The notes under the pieces are model-generated. The model ran no database searches. It was given only the letters and a program-made list of their open reading frames with translations, and had not been told where the DNA came from. From positions 17,783-81,782 of IMG/VR virus record IMGVR_UViG_3300031565_014867: a stretch of DNA of 64,000 nt. One strand, given 5' to 3'. The translations under genes and the position numbers were made by a program. Shown piece after piece: positions 27,509 through 36,197 of this stretch (position 1 is the first letter of the stretch; each line of letters starts with the position of its first letter). Source of the DNA: a virus.

Positions 27509-28357
27509 CTACCCGCAAGGCCACGGGGCAAGATGCAACAAACCGCCGCAATAGGGGCAATGCCCGTTGTGGTCATCGTCTACCCAAACCACGCCCGCGC
27601 ACGGTTCGGGCCGTTCGGGTAGGTCGATCGGCAAGCTACGCTGCGCGGGGTCGGGCCGTTCGGGATAGTCGGGCCGTTCGTCGGTTGCCGGGTAGTCTTC
27701 CAGGTTTGTGCGGTCCCGACCGCAACACCCATCGGGATACCAATTGCAGCTATCGTCGGTGTCCCAATGCTTGCCGCAATCGTCGCAATAGATCGACGCG
27801 CGGGCATTGTCGAGAATCGACGTCCCATCGTAGTCGGCTACGTCAAACGCAACGGGCGTTGTGTATCCGCCCCGCGCGTCGCAACCCCCGTGAATCTGCA
27901 GCATGACGTGGACCCCATCGTCATCGGTCCAGTAGACGTACTGCAGAATCTGGGAAAGCAAGTCTTCCCCGTTGTACGTGTTGACGGTCAGCGGTTCGCC
28001 TTCCCCGTAGATCCCGCTTGCACCGTCCAGGGTTTCGACAAACGCCCGCGCCGACGGTAGGTCAAGGCGCAGCGCTTCCCGCTCGACGTATTCGCGGTAG
28101 CGCTCGTCTAGTTCCGGGTTGTATTCCAGCCGATCCTTCAGGAAGTGGTAGACGTTGACGGTAGGGAGAATGTCCGATTCCCCGTCCCGTTGCCAGAATT
28201 CGAGCCGGCCTTCAGGCTGCGCTTCAAAGTCTGCGCCCTGATTGGCTTCCCAATTGCGGCCGTAGTGGTCGCCCGAATCCAGGAAGCTACGGCCCGTGTT
28301 CTCTTGGAGCATTTCGGCCAGTTTGTCGGCGGTTGTGTCGGTTACGGTTGCGGTCAT
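27509..28357 (-). CDS. Phage hypothetical protein with C-terminal CxxC motifs
   Basis: ENTG..LDSG..YGRNW, NTYNGE..LSQ, QIHGGCDARGGYT. Confidence 0.75.
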   Translation of the reverse strand: MTATVTDTTADKLAEMLQENTGRSFLDSGDHYGRNWEANQGADFEAQPEGRLEFWQRDGESDILPTVNVYHFLKDRLEYNPELDERYREYVEREALRLDLPSARAFVETLDGASGIYGEGEPLTVNTYNGEDLLSQILQYVYWTDDDGVHVMLQIHGGCDARGGYTTPVAFDVADYDGTSILDNARASIYCDDCGKHWDTDDSCNWYPDGCCGRDRTNLEDYPATDERPDYPERPDPAQRSLPIDLPERPEPCAGVVWVDDDHNGHCPYCGGLLHLAPWPCG

Positions 28358-28413
28358 GTTTTTTATCTCCGGTTGGCGGTTGTGGTCGGTTGCGTTGTGT
28401 TCGCGGGTGTCGA

Positions 28414-28836
28414 TCAAAGGGGGCGGCAATGCGGGGGCAAGAGGTTTTCGTCAAGGCAGGCATGGTTGCGGCAATCGGTTCGCCCGCAAGCATCGCAGCG
28501 CGTCGCCCCGGCTTCGTTCCATCGAATCGAAACGTGGTAATGCGCTTCGCCCGTTTCATCGCAGCCGAATTCGGCCGCTACGCTTGGCGTTGTGGGAATT
28601 GCCTTCAGCCCCTCTTGCGCCATGATTCGCGCTTCCATACCTTCCGTATCCCACCCGTCCGTTGCGACTTGCTCTAGGCAATCGTCGATAGCTTCGGCCG
28701 GGTTGTCGCCGATGCCCGTTGCGACATTGGCGAACCGTGTAAAGGCAACCCCGCAACCCTGGAAGTATTGGGAATGCTCTATCCCGTGGTCGATCAATTC
28801 AAACTCGCCGATACGCTTTGCCGTGTTGCTGGCCAT
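28414..28836 (-). CDS. Hypothetical protein
   Basis: GGGAG RBS; first gene after the 28.9 kb promoter. Confidence 0.65.
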   Translation of the reverse strand: MASNTAKRIGEFELIDHGIEHSQYFQGCGVAFTRFANVATGIGDNPAEAIDDCLEQVATDGWDTEGMEARIMAQEGLKAIPTTPSVAAEFGCDETGEAHYHVSIRWNEAGATRCDACGRTDCRNHACLDENLLPPHCRPL

Positions 28837-28889
28837 GTTCGTTGTCTCCCGTTGCGTTGTGGTTCGTTGTGGTTTCGTCGGCCGGGTAT

Positions 28890-28924
28890 CTGAAGCCTTT
28901 CCTTCAGACAGCCTTCAGTCAAAC
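28890..28924 (-). promoter_or_regulatory. Sigma70-like early promoter overlapped by a CTGAAG-N6-CTTCAG palindrome (copy A)
   Basis: TTGACT-N17-AAGGCT on the minus strand; near-identical site at 33384-33418. Confidence 0.6.
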
Positions 28925-29238
28925 TTGCAAACATCGACTACGATTGCCGCGCAATTGCGCGGCAATGTCGCAATACGCAAGGGGCCGATTGCCCCAACCC
29001 GACGCTCCGGCCGAACCACACCAAAGTCCTAACGCGCCCTAACTATGTGCTTAACTTCCGGTGAGACTTCTACGGCCGACAACCGCAGGCAAACCAGCGG
29101 CGACGCCAACCGTGTAACAGCCGCTGGCGCGACTACGCTTATGGCAACCGCCACTCGCTTCGTTCTTTCGGTCTGTGCTGAATCATCCCCAACGCCTTCT
29201 TCACGCACGCCAGAATCCAGACGCGCCCCAAGCACACG

Positions 29239-29514
29239 TCAGTAGGGCAACCGGCCGTAGTGCTTCTGGATTGCCGTCTGCATATACGGTTCCAACACCA
29301 GGAACTCGCATACGAAAAGGATGTACGAATGGTCGTGAATGGGGCTCTTCGGAACCGCTAGGTTGACCTGCACGCGCACGCCGCGGTTCTTCCGGGCGAA
29401 GTCCATTGCATACTGGACCGCCGTATCGAAGTCGGTCGGGTGAAACTCGGAGATACGTGGCTCGCCGGGGAAGTTGAGAATGATTTGAAGCTGCAAGTCT
29501 GGTTTGTTGGGCAT
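29239..29514 (-). CDS. Small hypothetical protein inside module A
   Basis: AGGA RBS before MPNKPD; 91 aa. Confidence 0.45.
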   Translation of the reverse strand: MPNKPDLQLQIILNFPGEPRISEFHPTDFDTAVQYAMDFARKNRGVRVQVNLAVPKSPIHDHSYILFVCEFLVLEPYMQTAIQKHYGRLPY

Positions 29515-29812
29515 AGTAGGTTTCCTGATGTTTGCCCGCGCGTGGCGCGACTGTTCGGCCGGTTTCGGATCGAACGGCCGCCCGGGCGAGTGTAAGTAGG
29601 ACTGACCAGGCCGGCGCGAACCGGCCAGAAGCGTGAAGAGCATCGGATGAGAACACAGTGCGGTGAGTGTTGCCGCCGTGTCGAAGTGGTGTAGTTTGCG
29701 TAAGCGCCTGAAGGGGTCCAAGCGCGAATGGAGCGCCGCCTTGGGGCGGTCCGTTATGACCCTCCCCTTACGGCCGCAAGCGCGAAGCGCCGTCGGCCGT
29801 CGCCAAGCGCTA

Positions 29813-30181
29813 TCAATACTCGCTCGGGAGCATCAATGTCCCGTTGCAGACATAGAACTTGATTTGCGCCAGCGGGAAGTCAGTGAAGGGAATCTCTTGT
29901 GTGATGACGGCCGGTAGGCCCGAATCGCCGCGCATCGTAAGGACTGCGCTCTTGTCTTCGGCCACGACCAGTTCCCAAAGCTGGAAGTCCACCAGGTCGG
30001 GCCGTGACGCGATTCGCTTGTCCGGCTGGTAGGACGCCACGGCGTCGATCAGCCAGTAGGCCCCACCGTGCTCCGCCATGTGCCGAACACCCTCGGTGTA
30101 GACCAGCCGCTTGGTCCAATGCTGAAAGAACTCGCTACTGCCGCAGAACTGGATCAGGTCGGATTCTCGAAGCGTCGTCAT
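29813..30181 (-). CDS. DUF6876-like protein
   Basis: YTEGVRHMAE..AYWLIDAVASYQ, FQLWEL, QEIPFTDFPL, LMLPSEY. Confidence 0.8.
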   Translation of the reverse strand: MTTLRESDLIQFCGSSEFFQHWTKRLVYTEGVRHMAEHGGAYWLIDAVASYQPDKRIASRPDLVDFQLWELVVAEDKSAVLTMRGDSGLPAVITQEIPFTDFPLAQIKFYVCNGTLMLPSEY

Positions 30182-30286
30182 GGTGTCGTTCTCCAATGCC
30201 AAATGATCGTCGTTGTGATTCCGTTTTCAATTCGTTGTCAGTCGACTTTCGGTACGGTGTCCTAGTGAAACGCCATAGGCCGTTGG

Positions 30287-30502
30287 CTAGTCAAGGTTTC
30301 GTCTCCGCTTCATTTCGTCGGTGGTGACAATATCGCCGGAGGGAACCATCCGGTGCATCCCGTTTCCCACCGGGTCAGAACCGATGTCACCGGACACCGG
30401 GAGGAGTGGTTCGCGGATGACACTACCATCTGCGGCGATGTCATACGCACCCAGAACACGCAAGGGCTTGCCAGTGTCTTTCGCTATCAATCGCTTTGTC
30501 AT
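30287..30502 (-). CDS. Small hypothetical protein
   Basis: GGAGG RBS. Confidence 0.6.
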   Translation of the reverse strand: MTKRLIAKDTGKPLRVLGAYDIAADGSVIREPLLPVSGDIGSDPVGNGMHRMVPSGDIVTTDEMKRRRNLD

Positions 30503-30517
30503 GCCCAGTGCCTCCGA

Positions 30518-30958
30518 TCAAGCCGGTTGTTCAAGCTGGCCCCATACCACGTCCCAAAGGCGTCCGTCACAGATATACGGCGTGTCGATCAGGTCAGCGC
30601 CGAGTTCCTTGCCCAGCCGCTGAAGGGTTTCTTCGTCGGCCGGTTCGTCCCACAAGCCGATGCCGTGGCCGAGACTGTTCATAAACAGCCGGTACAGGCG
30701 AAGCGAAACGTCGGTGCCGTCGTCGAGCCAACCGGCCCGCTTGAAAACCTCGACGACGGGCACGCCCCAGTGTTCGCCAATGGCCTTGAGGTACTCGTTC
30801 GCAATCGGAAGCAGTTCTTCTTCAGGGCCGTAGTCGGTGATGGAGCACAACTCCGCGCCGGCCGGAGGGCCGTCGCCCCGTTCCTCCATTTCAGACCAGT
30901 ACAGGTCGGTGTAGGGAACGTGAATCGCTTCCAAGAGGATTTGTTTGTCGAATTGCAT
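30518..30958 (-). CDS. Acidic hypothetical protein
   Basis: GHGIGLWD motif; co-oriented. Confidence 0.7.
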   Translation of the reverse strand: MQFDKQILLEAIHVPYTDLYWSEMEERGDGPPAGAELCSITDYGPEEELLPIANEYLKAIGEHWGVPVVEVFKRAGWLDDGTDVSLRLYRLFMNSLGHGIGLWDEPADEETLQRLGKELGADLIDTPYICDGRLWDVVWGQLEQPA

Positions 30959-31006
30959 CGGGCTGTTCCGTAGTGAGAAGACAAAGGAGAAGAGGGGCGT
31001 AGCCGG

Positions 31007-31675
31007 TCAGTCGGTCCAAGAGAAGAGGGTTCGATTGCGCCGGAAGCGGTCGCGTTTCTGCTGTCGCGTATCCGCCGGGTCCGGCGTCGGCTTGCCCGTG
31101 ACGACGCAGCCGGCCTGTTCCAGTTGGTGGGCAATGTTCTCGGCACACTCGCGGCGCACTTCGTCGTGGGCGTAGTCGAAGTCGTCAATCCCGCCCACGC
31201 CGTCAGAGAAGCCTTTGTATTCGCCCCCGCAGCACCACCACTCCCATCCGTGTTCGTACCACTTGCGGAGTTGGTCAAGCCGCTTGCGGAGCGACAGCGC
31301 CACCATTTCCCGGGCAACCTGCTTGCTTGCGCCGTTGTCGCGATACCAGCGGTACAGGTCGTCGTCCCATCCGGCGGTGATGACGATGCGCTCGCGGTGG
31401 CCGTCGCTGTAGCAGTAGCCACGGCGCTGGTCGGCTGTATCCCGCCCTTCGTCAAGCCGCGAAACCCGTTCGACCGTATGCACGTATCCGTCGCACCAGT
31501 CCCACGGCGTTTCGCCATTCATGGTGATATCAGGGAAGACTTCCACGGCCGCCAGAATGTCGTCGAAGTCGACGTAGACGGATTCCACGTCCGTAGTGAC
31601 CGTGGTATGTACCAGCACGTCGCCCGTGCGGATCGTCGTGGTTGCGGTCTTGCTTTGTTTCAGTTGCGTTGTCAT
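31007..31675 (-). CDS. Hypothetical protein
   Basis: AGGAG RBS. Confidence 0.7.
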   Translation of the reverse strand: MTTQLKQSKTATTTIRTGDVLVHTTVTTDVESVYVDFDDILAAVEVFPDITMNGETPWDWCDGYVHTVERVSRLDEGRDTADQRRGYCYSDGHRERIVITAGWDDDLYRWYRDNGASKQVAREMVALSLRKRLDQLRKWYEHGWEWWCCGGEYKGFSDGVGGIDDFDYAHDEVRRECAENIAHQLEQAGCVVTGKPTPDPADTRQQKRDRFRRNRTLFSWTD

Positions 31676-31695
31676 GGTTGTTATGCTCCTGTTGA

Positions 31696-32340
31696 TTAGT
31701 ATTCACTCTGACAATGCGCTTCTCTCACTTCCTCGATCGCGTCGTCCGCCATCACACTTGTCAACTCGTTTACTGGCATCCCGCCATTACCCTCTTGCGG
31801 AAGAAAGCCCTCACGAAAAGGCGTGTCGAGAATTCGGTCAATCTCGGGCACGCCAAAGTAGCTCACGTCCTCTGTCTGTGTGTCTCCCTCTCGAATCGCC
31901 TCCCATAGCTCCTCGTCTTCGGTGTCTGTGAGTTCGCGGCTTGTCTCCCATTGGCTTCCGAGAAAGTGAAGCTCATAAGTGGCCTCGAAGCTACAAAGGT
32001 GGAAGTGTTGGCGACGATCAAACACGTAGACACCATACAGCCGACTCGTGCGTTCCAAGATCATTGGATCAACCCAATGTTCCCGTTCGTCGAGTTTGAC
32101 AATCCACAAGTCGGGGAGAAGTTCTACGCGCTCGTTTTCTTCCAAGCCCTCATGCCTCCCGTAGCGACGATAGATACGGGGCTCCCGGTTGTTCTCCCAT
32201 TCGTCTTGCGTGTAAAGCCAACCGCTGTTGTTCTCGCTGTCGAGGTGAAGCAATGTCCGGTTATCTTCAGCAATGAGAACAGCGGTAGGTTTGAAAGGTG
32301 CCCTTGAGTCGCTCATGGTTTGTTCCAGTTGTGTCGTCAT
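31696..32340 (-). CDS. Acidic hypothetical protein
   Basis: GGGAG RBS. Confidence 0.7.
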   Translation of the reverse strand: MTTQLEQTMSDSRAPFKPTAVLIAEDNRTLLHLDSENNSGWLYTQDEWENNREPRIYRRYGRHEGLEENERVELLPDLWIVKLDEREHWVDPMILERTSRLYGVYVFDRRQHFHLCSFEATYELHFLGSQWETSRELTDTEDEELWEAIREGDTQTEDVSYFGVPEIDRILDTPFREGFLPQEGNGGMPVNELTSVMADDAIEEVREAHCQSEY

Positions 32341-32344
32341 GGTG

Positions 32345-32716
32345 CTATGCTCCCACTTTCAGGTCATAGTCGCGGTAGTAGTCAGCCCACAATTCGGCCA
32401 CTTCCCCGCCTTCTCGAATCGCTTCACACACATACTCGACGCCATCGGTGGTCAACTCGTTTTCGAGCCAAGCGCCGACTTTGTGGCTGTCGTCGAATTC
32501 AATGGCGTTGACACACTGCGGCCCCGCCCCGCAATGTTGCGGGCAATCGGCTTCTCCGCCCCCGTCCGGGTACGGCCCTTTCGGGAATTCCTCGGAATCG
32601 TAGCTCCGTTCGTCGTCCGGATCGGCCGGCGCGAGCCCTTCGCGGGTTATTCGCTCGCGGATTGCTTCCCCGCACTGTTCGCAGTAGATGTCAGCAGCGT
32701 AGATGTAGACCAACAT
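32345..32716 (-). CDS. Acidic Cys-containing hypothetical protein
   Basis: YCEQCG, DSEEFPKGP, EADCPQHC, LTTDGVEYV; AGGAG RBS. Confidence 0.75.
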   Translation of the reverse strand: MLVYIYAADIYCEQCGEAIRERITREGLAPADPDDERSYDSEEFPKGPYPDGGGEADCPQHCGAGPQCVNAIEFDDSHKVGAWLENELTTDGVEYVCEAIREGGEVAELWADYYRDYDLKVGA

Positions 32717-32737
32717 GGCGATTGCTCCTGTTGAACC

Positions 32738-33340
32738 CTATTGAGCGGGGATGAACCGGCCGTGTTCTTCGTCCCAATCCCATCGGTCATAGTCCAGGGG
32801 ACTGATTCCTTCGGGCGGGAAGCCGGGGGCGTGATACGTGACGGGGAACGGCATTCCCTTACCGCTGGCGATACCCTCTTGCCCTTCCACGTAGAGGTTG
32901 TCGGTGTCGTACCATACGCCTTGCCCCGACATACTTGGTTGGCCGATGCAGCCGCCTTCAACGAAGTTCCCTTTCAGTGTCAGCCACAATTCGCTCTCGG
33001 GAATGCCGAGTCGCCGGGCAGCTTCTTCGGCCTTGGCGGACATTTCGGCCGTCAGTTCCATCCCGTCGCTTAGGGGCTCGCCGTAGTCGTCACCTTCAAC
33101 GTCGACGTCGATTGCGATGATGCTGCCGTGCTCTTCAGACTCGGCCAGTATGTCGATAGCGTCAGATACGTTGTCGGCTTCGACGATGTAGTGTGGGCCG
33201 CCCGTATTGGAGATACAGACGGACAGATGCCACGTCTTACCGAACCAGTCGCCGGCGTTGACGACGGGCGCTTCGTAGTCTCTTCCGTCAACAGTCCACT
33301 TGGCCGTAACCTTCGGCTCGCTTGTGTCGTTGCTAGTCAT
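32738..33340 (-). CDS. Acidic hypothetical protein
   Basis: First gene after the 33.4 kb promoter. Confidence 0.7.
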   Translation of the reverse strand: MTSNDTSEPKVTAKWTVDGRDYEAPVVNAGDWFGKTWHLSVCISNTGGPHYIVEADNVSDAIDILAESEEHGSIIAIDVDVEGDDYGEPLSDGMELTAEMSAKAEEAARRLGIPESELWLTLKGNFVEGGCIGQPSMSGQGVWYDTDNLYVEGQEGIASGKGMPFPVTYHAPGFPPEGISPLDYDRWDWDEEHGRFIPAQ

Positions 33341-33383
33341 GGTTGTTTCTCTTCGATCAAAGTGCGTTGCGTTCGTCTTGTAC

Positions 33384-33418
33384 CTGAAGCATTTCCTTCA
33401 GTCGGCCTGAAGTCAAAC
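33384..33418 (-). promoter_or_regulatory. Sigma70-like early promoter overlapped by a CTGAAG-N6-CTTCAG palindrome (copy B)
   Basis: TTGACT-N17-AATGCT on the minus strand. Confidence 0.6.
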
Positions 33419-34279
33419 AGGAACCATGCGAAGCAAAACAGCGCGCAAGTGCGCAAGTATTCGGATGCAATTGCTACACACCTAGCCGTGTCCAACGCCA
33501 TCCCAACCGGACCGGCGCCGGGCATGTTCGCCCTAACTATGTGCTTAACCGATGGCGCTGAAGTACGGCATGAAACCATGCCGGTAGCAACACGCGCTTA
33601 ACCGTATGGTTTCCGCTAGTGTTCGCATGTCGCAGGCACGTTGCGATCGAGTGACTGCACCATGCCACGCGAACCAGGGGCCCCGATGCCTTCTGTTCAC
33701 TCATTGCGATACATCCCCTGCTTGTCGCTCCATGCTGCGTGCGGTTTTTCTTCACGGTTCATTCGTTCTCCGAGCGAGCAGTCTCCTCCCAAGTTCCGTG
33801 TTCACGCAGCATCTCGTGACGCCAGCGCGAACACAGCAGCTTTCGATACAGTGGATTACTCAACGACAAGGCAGGTGTGTGTGTCTTGGCTCTCAAACGA
33901 CGGCCATCGACGGGCGAGTGCGCGGCCGCCGGTGGTCATCGTGGCATTCGGAGCCGAAGCAGCCACGTTCTGTTCCTTCGGAGGCCAGGATTGCGCGCAC
34001 CGTGAGCGCAACAGGGCACCGGTTCGACGGCGACCATGCGACTGCGTGGCGCAGCCAGGTCAACGTCGGGTCAACACGGCAGGAAGATCACAGATGCAAG
34101 CGACAAGGATGCAGGTAGGTGGGCACGATCCATTTGGGCAGTTGCGGTCCGGCCGCCCCTTCGGGTCGATCGTGTTGTGGCAGGTGTAGTTATTCGTAAG
34201 CGCCAAATGGGGTCCAAGCGCGAATCAAGCGCGCCCTCGGGGTGGTCTGTTCTGACCCACCCCGAAGCGCTAAGCGCCG
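33384..34279. repeat. ~900-bp diverged module, copy B
   Basis: Perfect 21-bp CGCCCTAACTATGTGCTTAAC (33529-33549 versus 29035-29055) and GGGGTCCAAGCGCGAAT (34209 versus 29713). Confidence 0.8.
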
Positions 34280-34297
34280 AGTGGCGGCAGTGTTTCG

Positions 34298-34918
34298 TCA
34301 GAACAAGTCCATTGTCACCATTGCACGGTACACCGCTGCTTCGGCCAGGGCATCACTCAGCGCATCGTGGGGATTCTCATTGGTGACGCGGAACCTGCGG
34401 CAGAGGGAGCCGAGGCCGACCTTGTTGAAAGGCAGCTTCTCGCCGGCGAAGGCGGCACGGTCGTTCATCGAGAGAGCTAGCAGGAAAGCATCACGGGCGT
34501 GGGAATGGAAGAGCGTCTGTTTCTCGTCGATGCCCAGCCAGGCCGTGAGAAATGCAGACTCGAAGGCCCAGTTGTGGGCCAGGGGCACCAGCGTCTTGCC
34601 GGCCGGCAGATCGAGCCGCTCCCACCATTCTCGCAGCAGATCGGCCACCTTGCCGGGATGCGGGGCATGGAGGATCAAGTCTTCGAGATTCAGACCGTGG
34701 ACCTGGGAGGCTTCACGCTCGGCCCGCTCCGGGTGGAGCGGACGGACGTTGTGATAGAACGGGCGGACGCCATGCAATGGTCGGATGTCGGAATCAAGCG
34801 GCACGACGGCGATCTGCAGAATCTCATGGTAGCCGGGCCGACGCCCGGTCGTTTCAAGATCGACCGACGCCAGCAGGTTGCCGTTGAGCGCAACAAGGCC
34901 CGAGTAGATGTTAGGCAT
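34298..34918 (-). CDS. DEDDh 3'-5' exonuclease (DnaQ/RNase T-like)
   Basis: VDLETTG, AHNWAFE, HDALSDA. Confidence 0.88.
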   Translation of the reverse strand: MPNIYSGLVALNGNLLASVDLETTGRRPGYHEILQIAVVPLDSDIRPLHGVRPFYHNVRPLHPERAEREASQVHGLNLEDLILHAPHPGKVADLLREWWERLDLPAGKTLVPLAHNWAFESAFLTAWLGIDEKQTLFHSHARDAFLLALSMNDRAAFAGEKLPFNKVGLGSLCRRFRVTNENPHDALSDALAEAAVYRAMVTMDLF

Positions 34919-35582
34919 CAGTGGCAACCTCCACCTTGAGGTTTTCGGCACGGTCCTCTGGAGTCTGCTCGGGCCGGGGGCCACCACCGACCAGCCAGCA
35001 GGCGCAGCGGTCGGCCCAGACGCGAAGCCGACCGATGGATTTGCTGCTGCCGGCGTCGCCGCCGATCACGTAGTCCCATCCGTCGTAGCCCAAAAGCGCC
35101 CGGTCGGCGACGTCGGGGCCGGGACCGTAACCTGGGCGGACGATCTTCACCAGCACACCGCCCGACTTACGGATCGCCTCGGCTTCGTTGGGGAAGCGCA
35201 CGTCGGGGATGACCAGTACGTCGAGGTCGTGCCGGCCTTTCAAGAGGTAGTCCAGCCACGTCGGTTCGTAGACGTTCTCGCGGATCGCCTTGGTTCCCAT
35301 GTCGATCCAGATTTGTCGAGGACTCTTGCCGATCTCGGGCAGGACGACTTCGCGGTAGTGTTCGCCATCGCATGTCTCGTAGAACTCCGGCTCGCGCAGT
35401 CCTGCCCAACCATAGAGATCGTGGCAGACCTGCTTGAGCTTGTACGCGAATGACCGTTTGCCAATAGCGAAATGCGGGTCACGTTCGCGGCACGCCTCGA
35501 CGAGAAAGTTGGCGAATGTATCCTTGCCAACGCGTTTGTATGCCCCCAAGCCGATGATAAGCGTTGCTGTTGTTGTGTTCAT
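34911..35582 (-). CDS. Deoxynucleoside monophosphate kinase
   Basis: IIGLGAYKRVGKDT, SFAYKLK, SPRQIW..GT..R, IPDVRFPNE. Confidence 0.88.
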   Translation of the reverse strand: MNTTTATLIIGLGAYKRVGKDTFANFLVEACRERDPHFAIGKRSFAYKLKQVCHDLYGWAGLREPEFYETCDGEHYREVVLPEIGKSPRQIWIDMGTKAIRENVYEPTWLDYLLKGRHDLDVLVIPDVRFPNEAEAIRKSGGVLVKIVRPGYGPGPDVADRALLGYDGWDYVIGGDAGSSKSIGRLRVWADRCACWLVGGGPRPEQTPEDRAENLKVEVATDA

Positions 35583-36094
35583 ACCGCAGTCCTCCCAGTA
35601 AGATAAGACCAGTTTCTGCCTTTGAGAATTGCCCCTATGGATGCTTTGCTCACGCCGTACTTGCGGGCGATGTCGATCCAGCGCATCTTGCCTTCGTGGC
35701 CCAGTATTTCGAGCACTTGCTTTTCTGTGAGCTTTGCCAGATGGTGCCGGGTTCCTCTGCACCGGCGACCTTTCTCGTGGCAATCCACCATGTTGTCGTG
35801 ATGCGTTCCGAGGAACAGGTGATGGGGATTCATGCACCTTGGGTTGTCGCACGTATGGCAGACAAGCAAGTCACCAGGTTGCTTTCCGTAATGATCGAGG
35901 TACGCGATTCGAGTTGCCGTGAATTGGACATTGTTGATCCACACCAGCGGGTAACCAGAACCACCGATTCGACCTTGCCAAGGCCAACAATCGTGCTTGG
36001 GCCCTTTCTTGACTTTGGCCCACAAGTTGTCCCGCTGTTTCTGCGAAAGACATGGTGGAAGTGGCAGCACGTTGTGCGTTGTTGGTGTGGACAT
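35579..36094 (-). CDS. HNH homing endonuclease with a C-terminal HTH
   Basis: CWPWQG, VCHTCDNPRCMNPHHLFLGTHHDNM, AKLTE..IARKYGVS; lower GC. Confidence 0.9.
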   Translation of the reverse strand: MSTPTTHNVLPLPPCLSQKQRDNLWAKVKKGPKHDCWPWQGRIGGSGYPLVWINNVQFTATRIAYLDHYGKQPGDLLVCHTCDNPRCMNPHHLFLGTHHDNMVDCHEKGRRCRGTRHHLAKLTEKQVLEILGHEGKMRWIDIARKYGVSKASIGAILKGRNWSYLTGRTAV

Positions 36095-36197
36095 GAGATT
36101 ACCTCTTGAACAAGAGTCAACGTCGCCAAGGTGGGACCGGTGTGCGCCGGTGGACGACAGGGTGAGAAGTGAGTAAAGGAAAGGACCAGAGGAAGAC

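Larger units (their letters stand above)
28890..29792. repeat. ~900-bp diverged module, copy A
   Basis: Three conserved boxes at an offset of 4494-4496 bp from copy B. Confidence 0.8.

Noticed and set aside
29028-29055. CCTAAC/GTTAGG motifs as integron attC/attI sites
   Set aside because: No paired R/L box hairpin, no cassette periodicity, and the integrase shows no IntI features
29601-29632. CTGACCA-GGCCGG..CCGGCC-AGAA as a hammerhead ribozyme
   Set aside because: The core does not match CUGANGA/GAAA and stems I and III were not found
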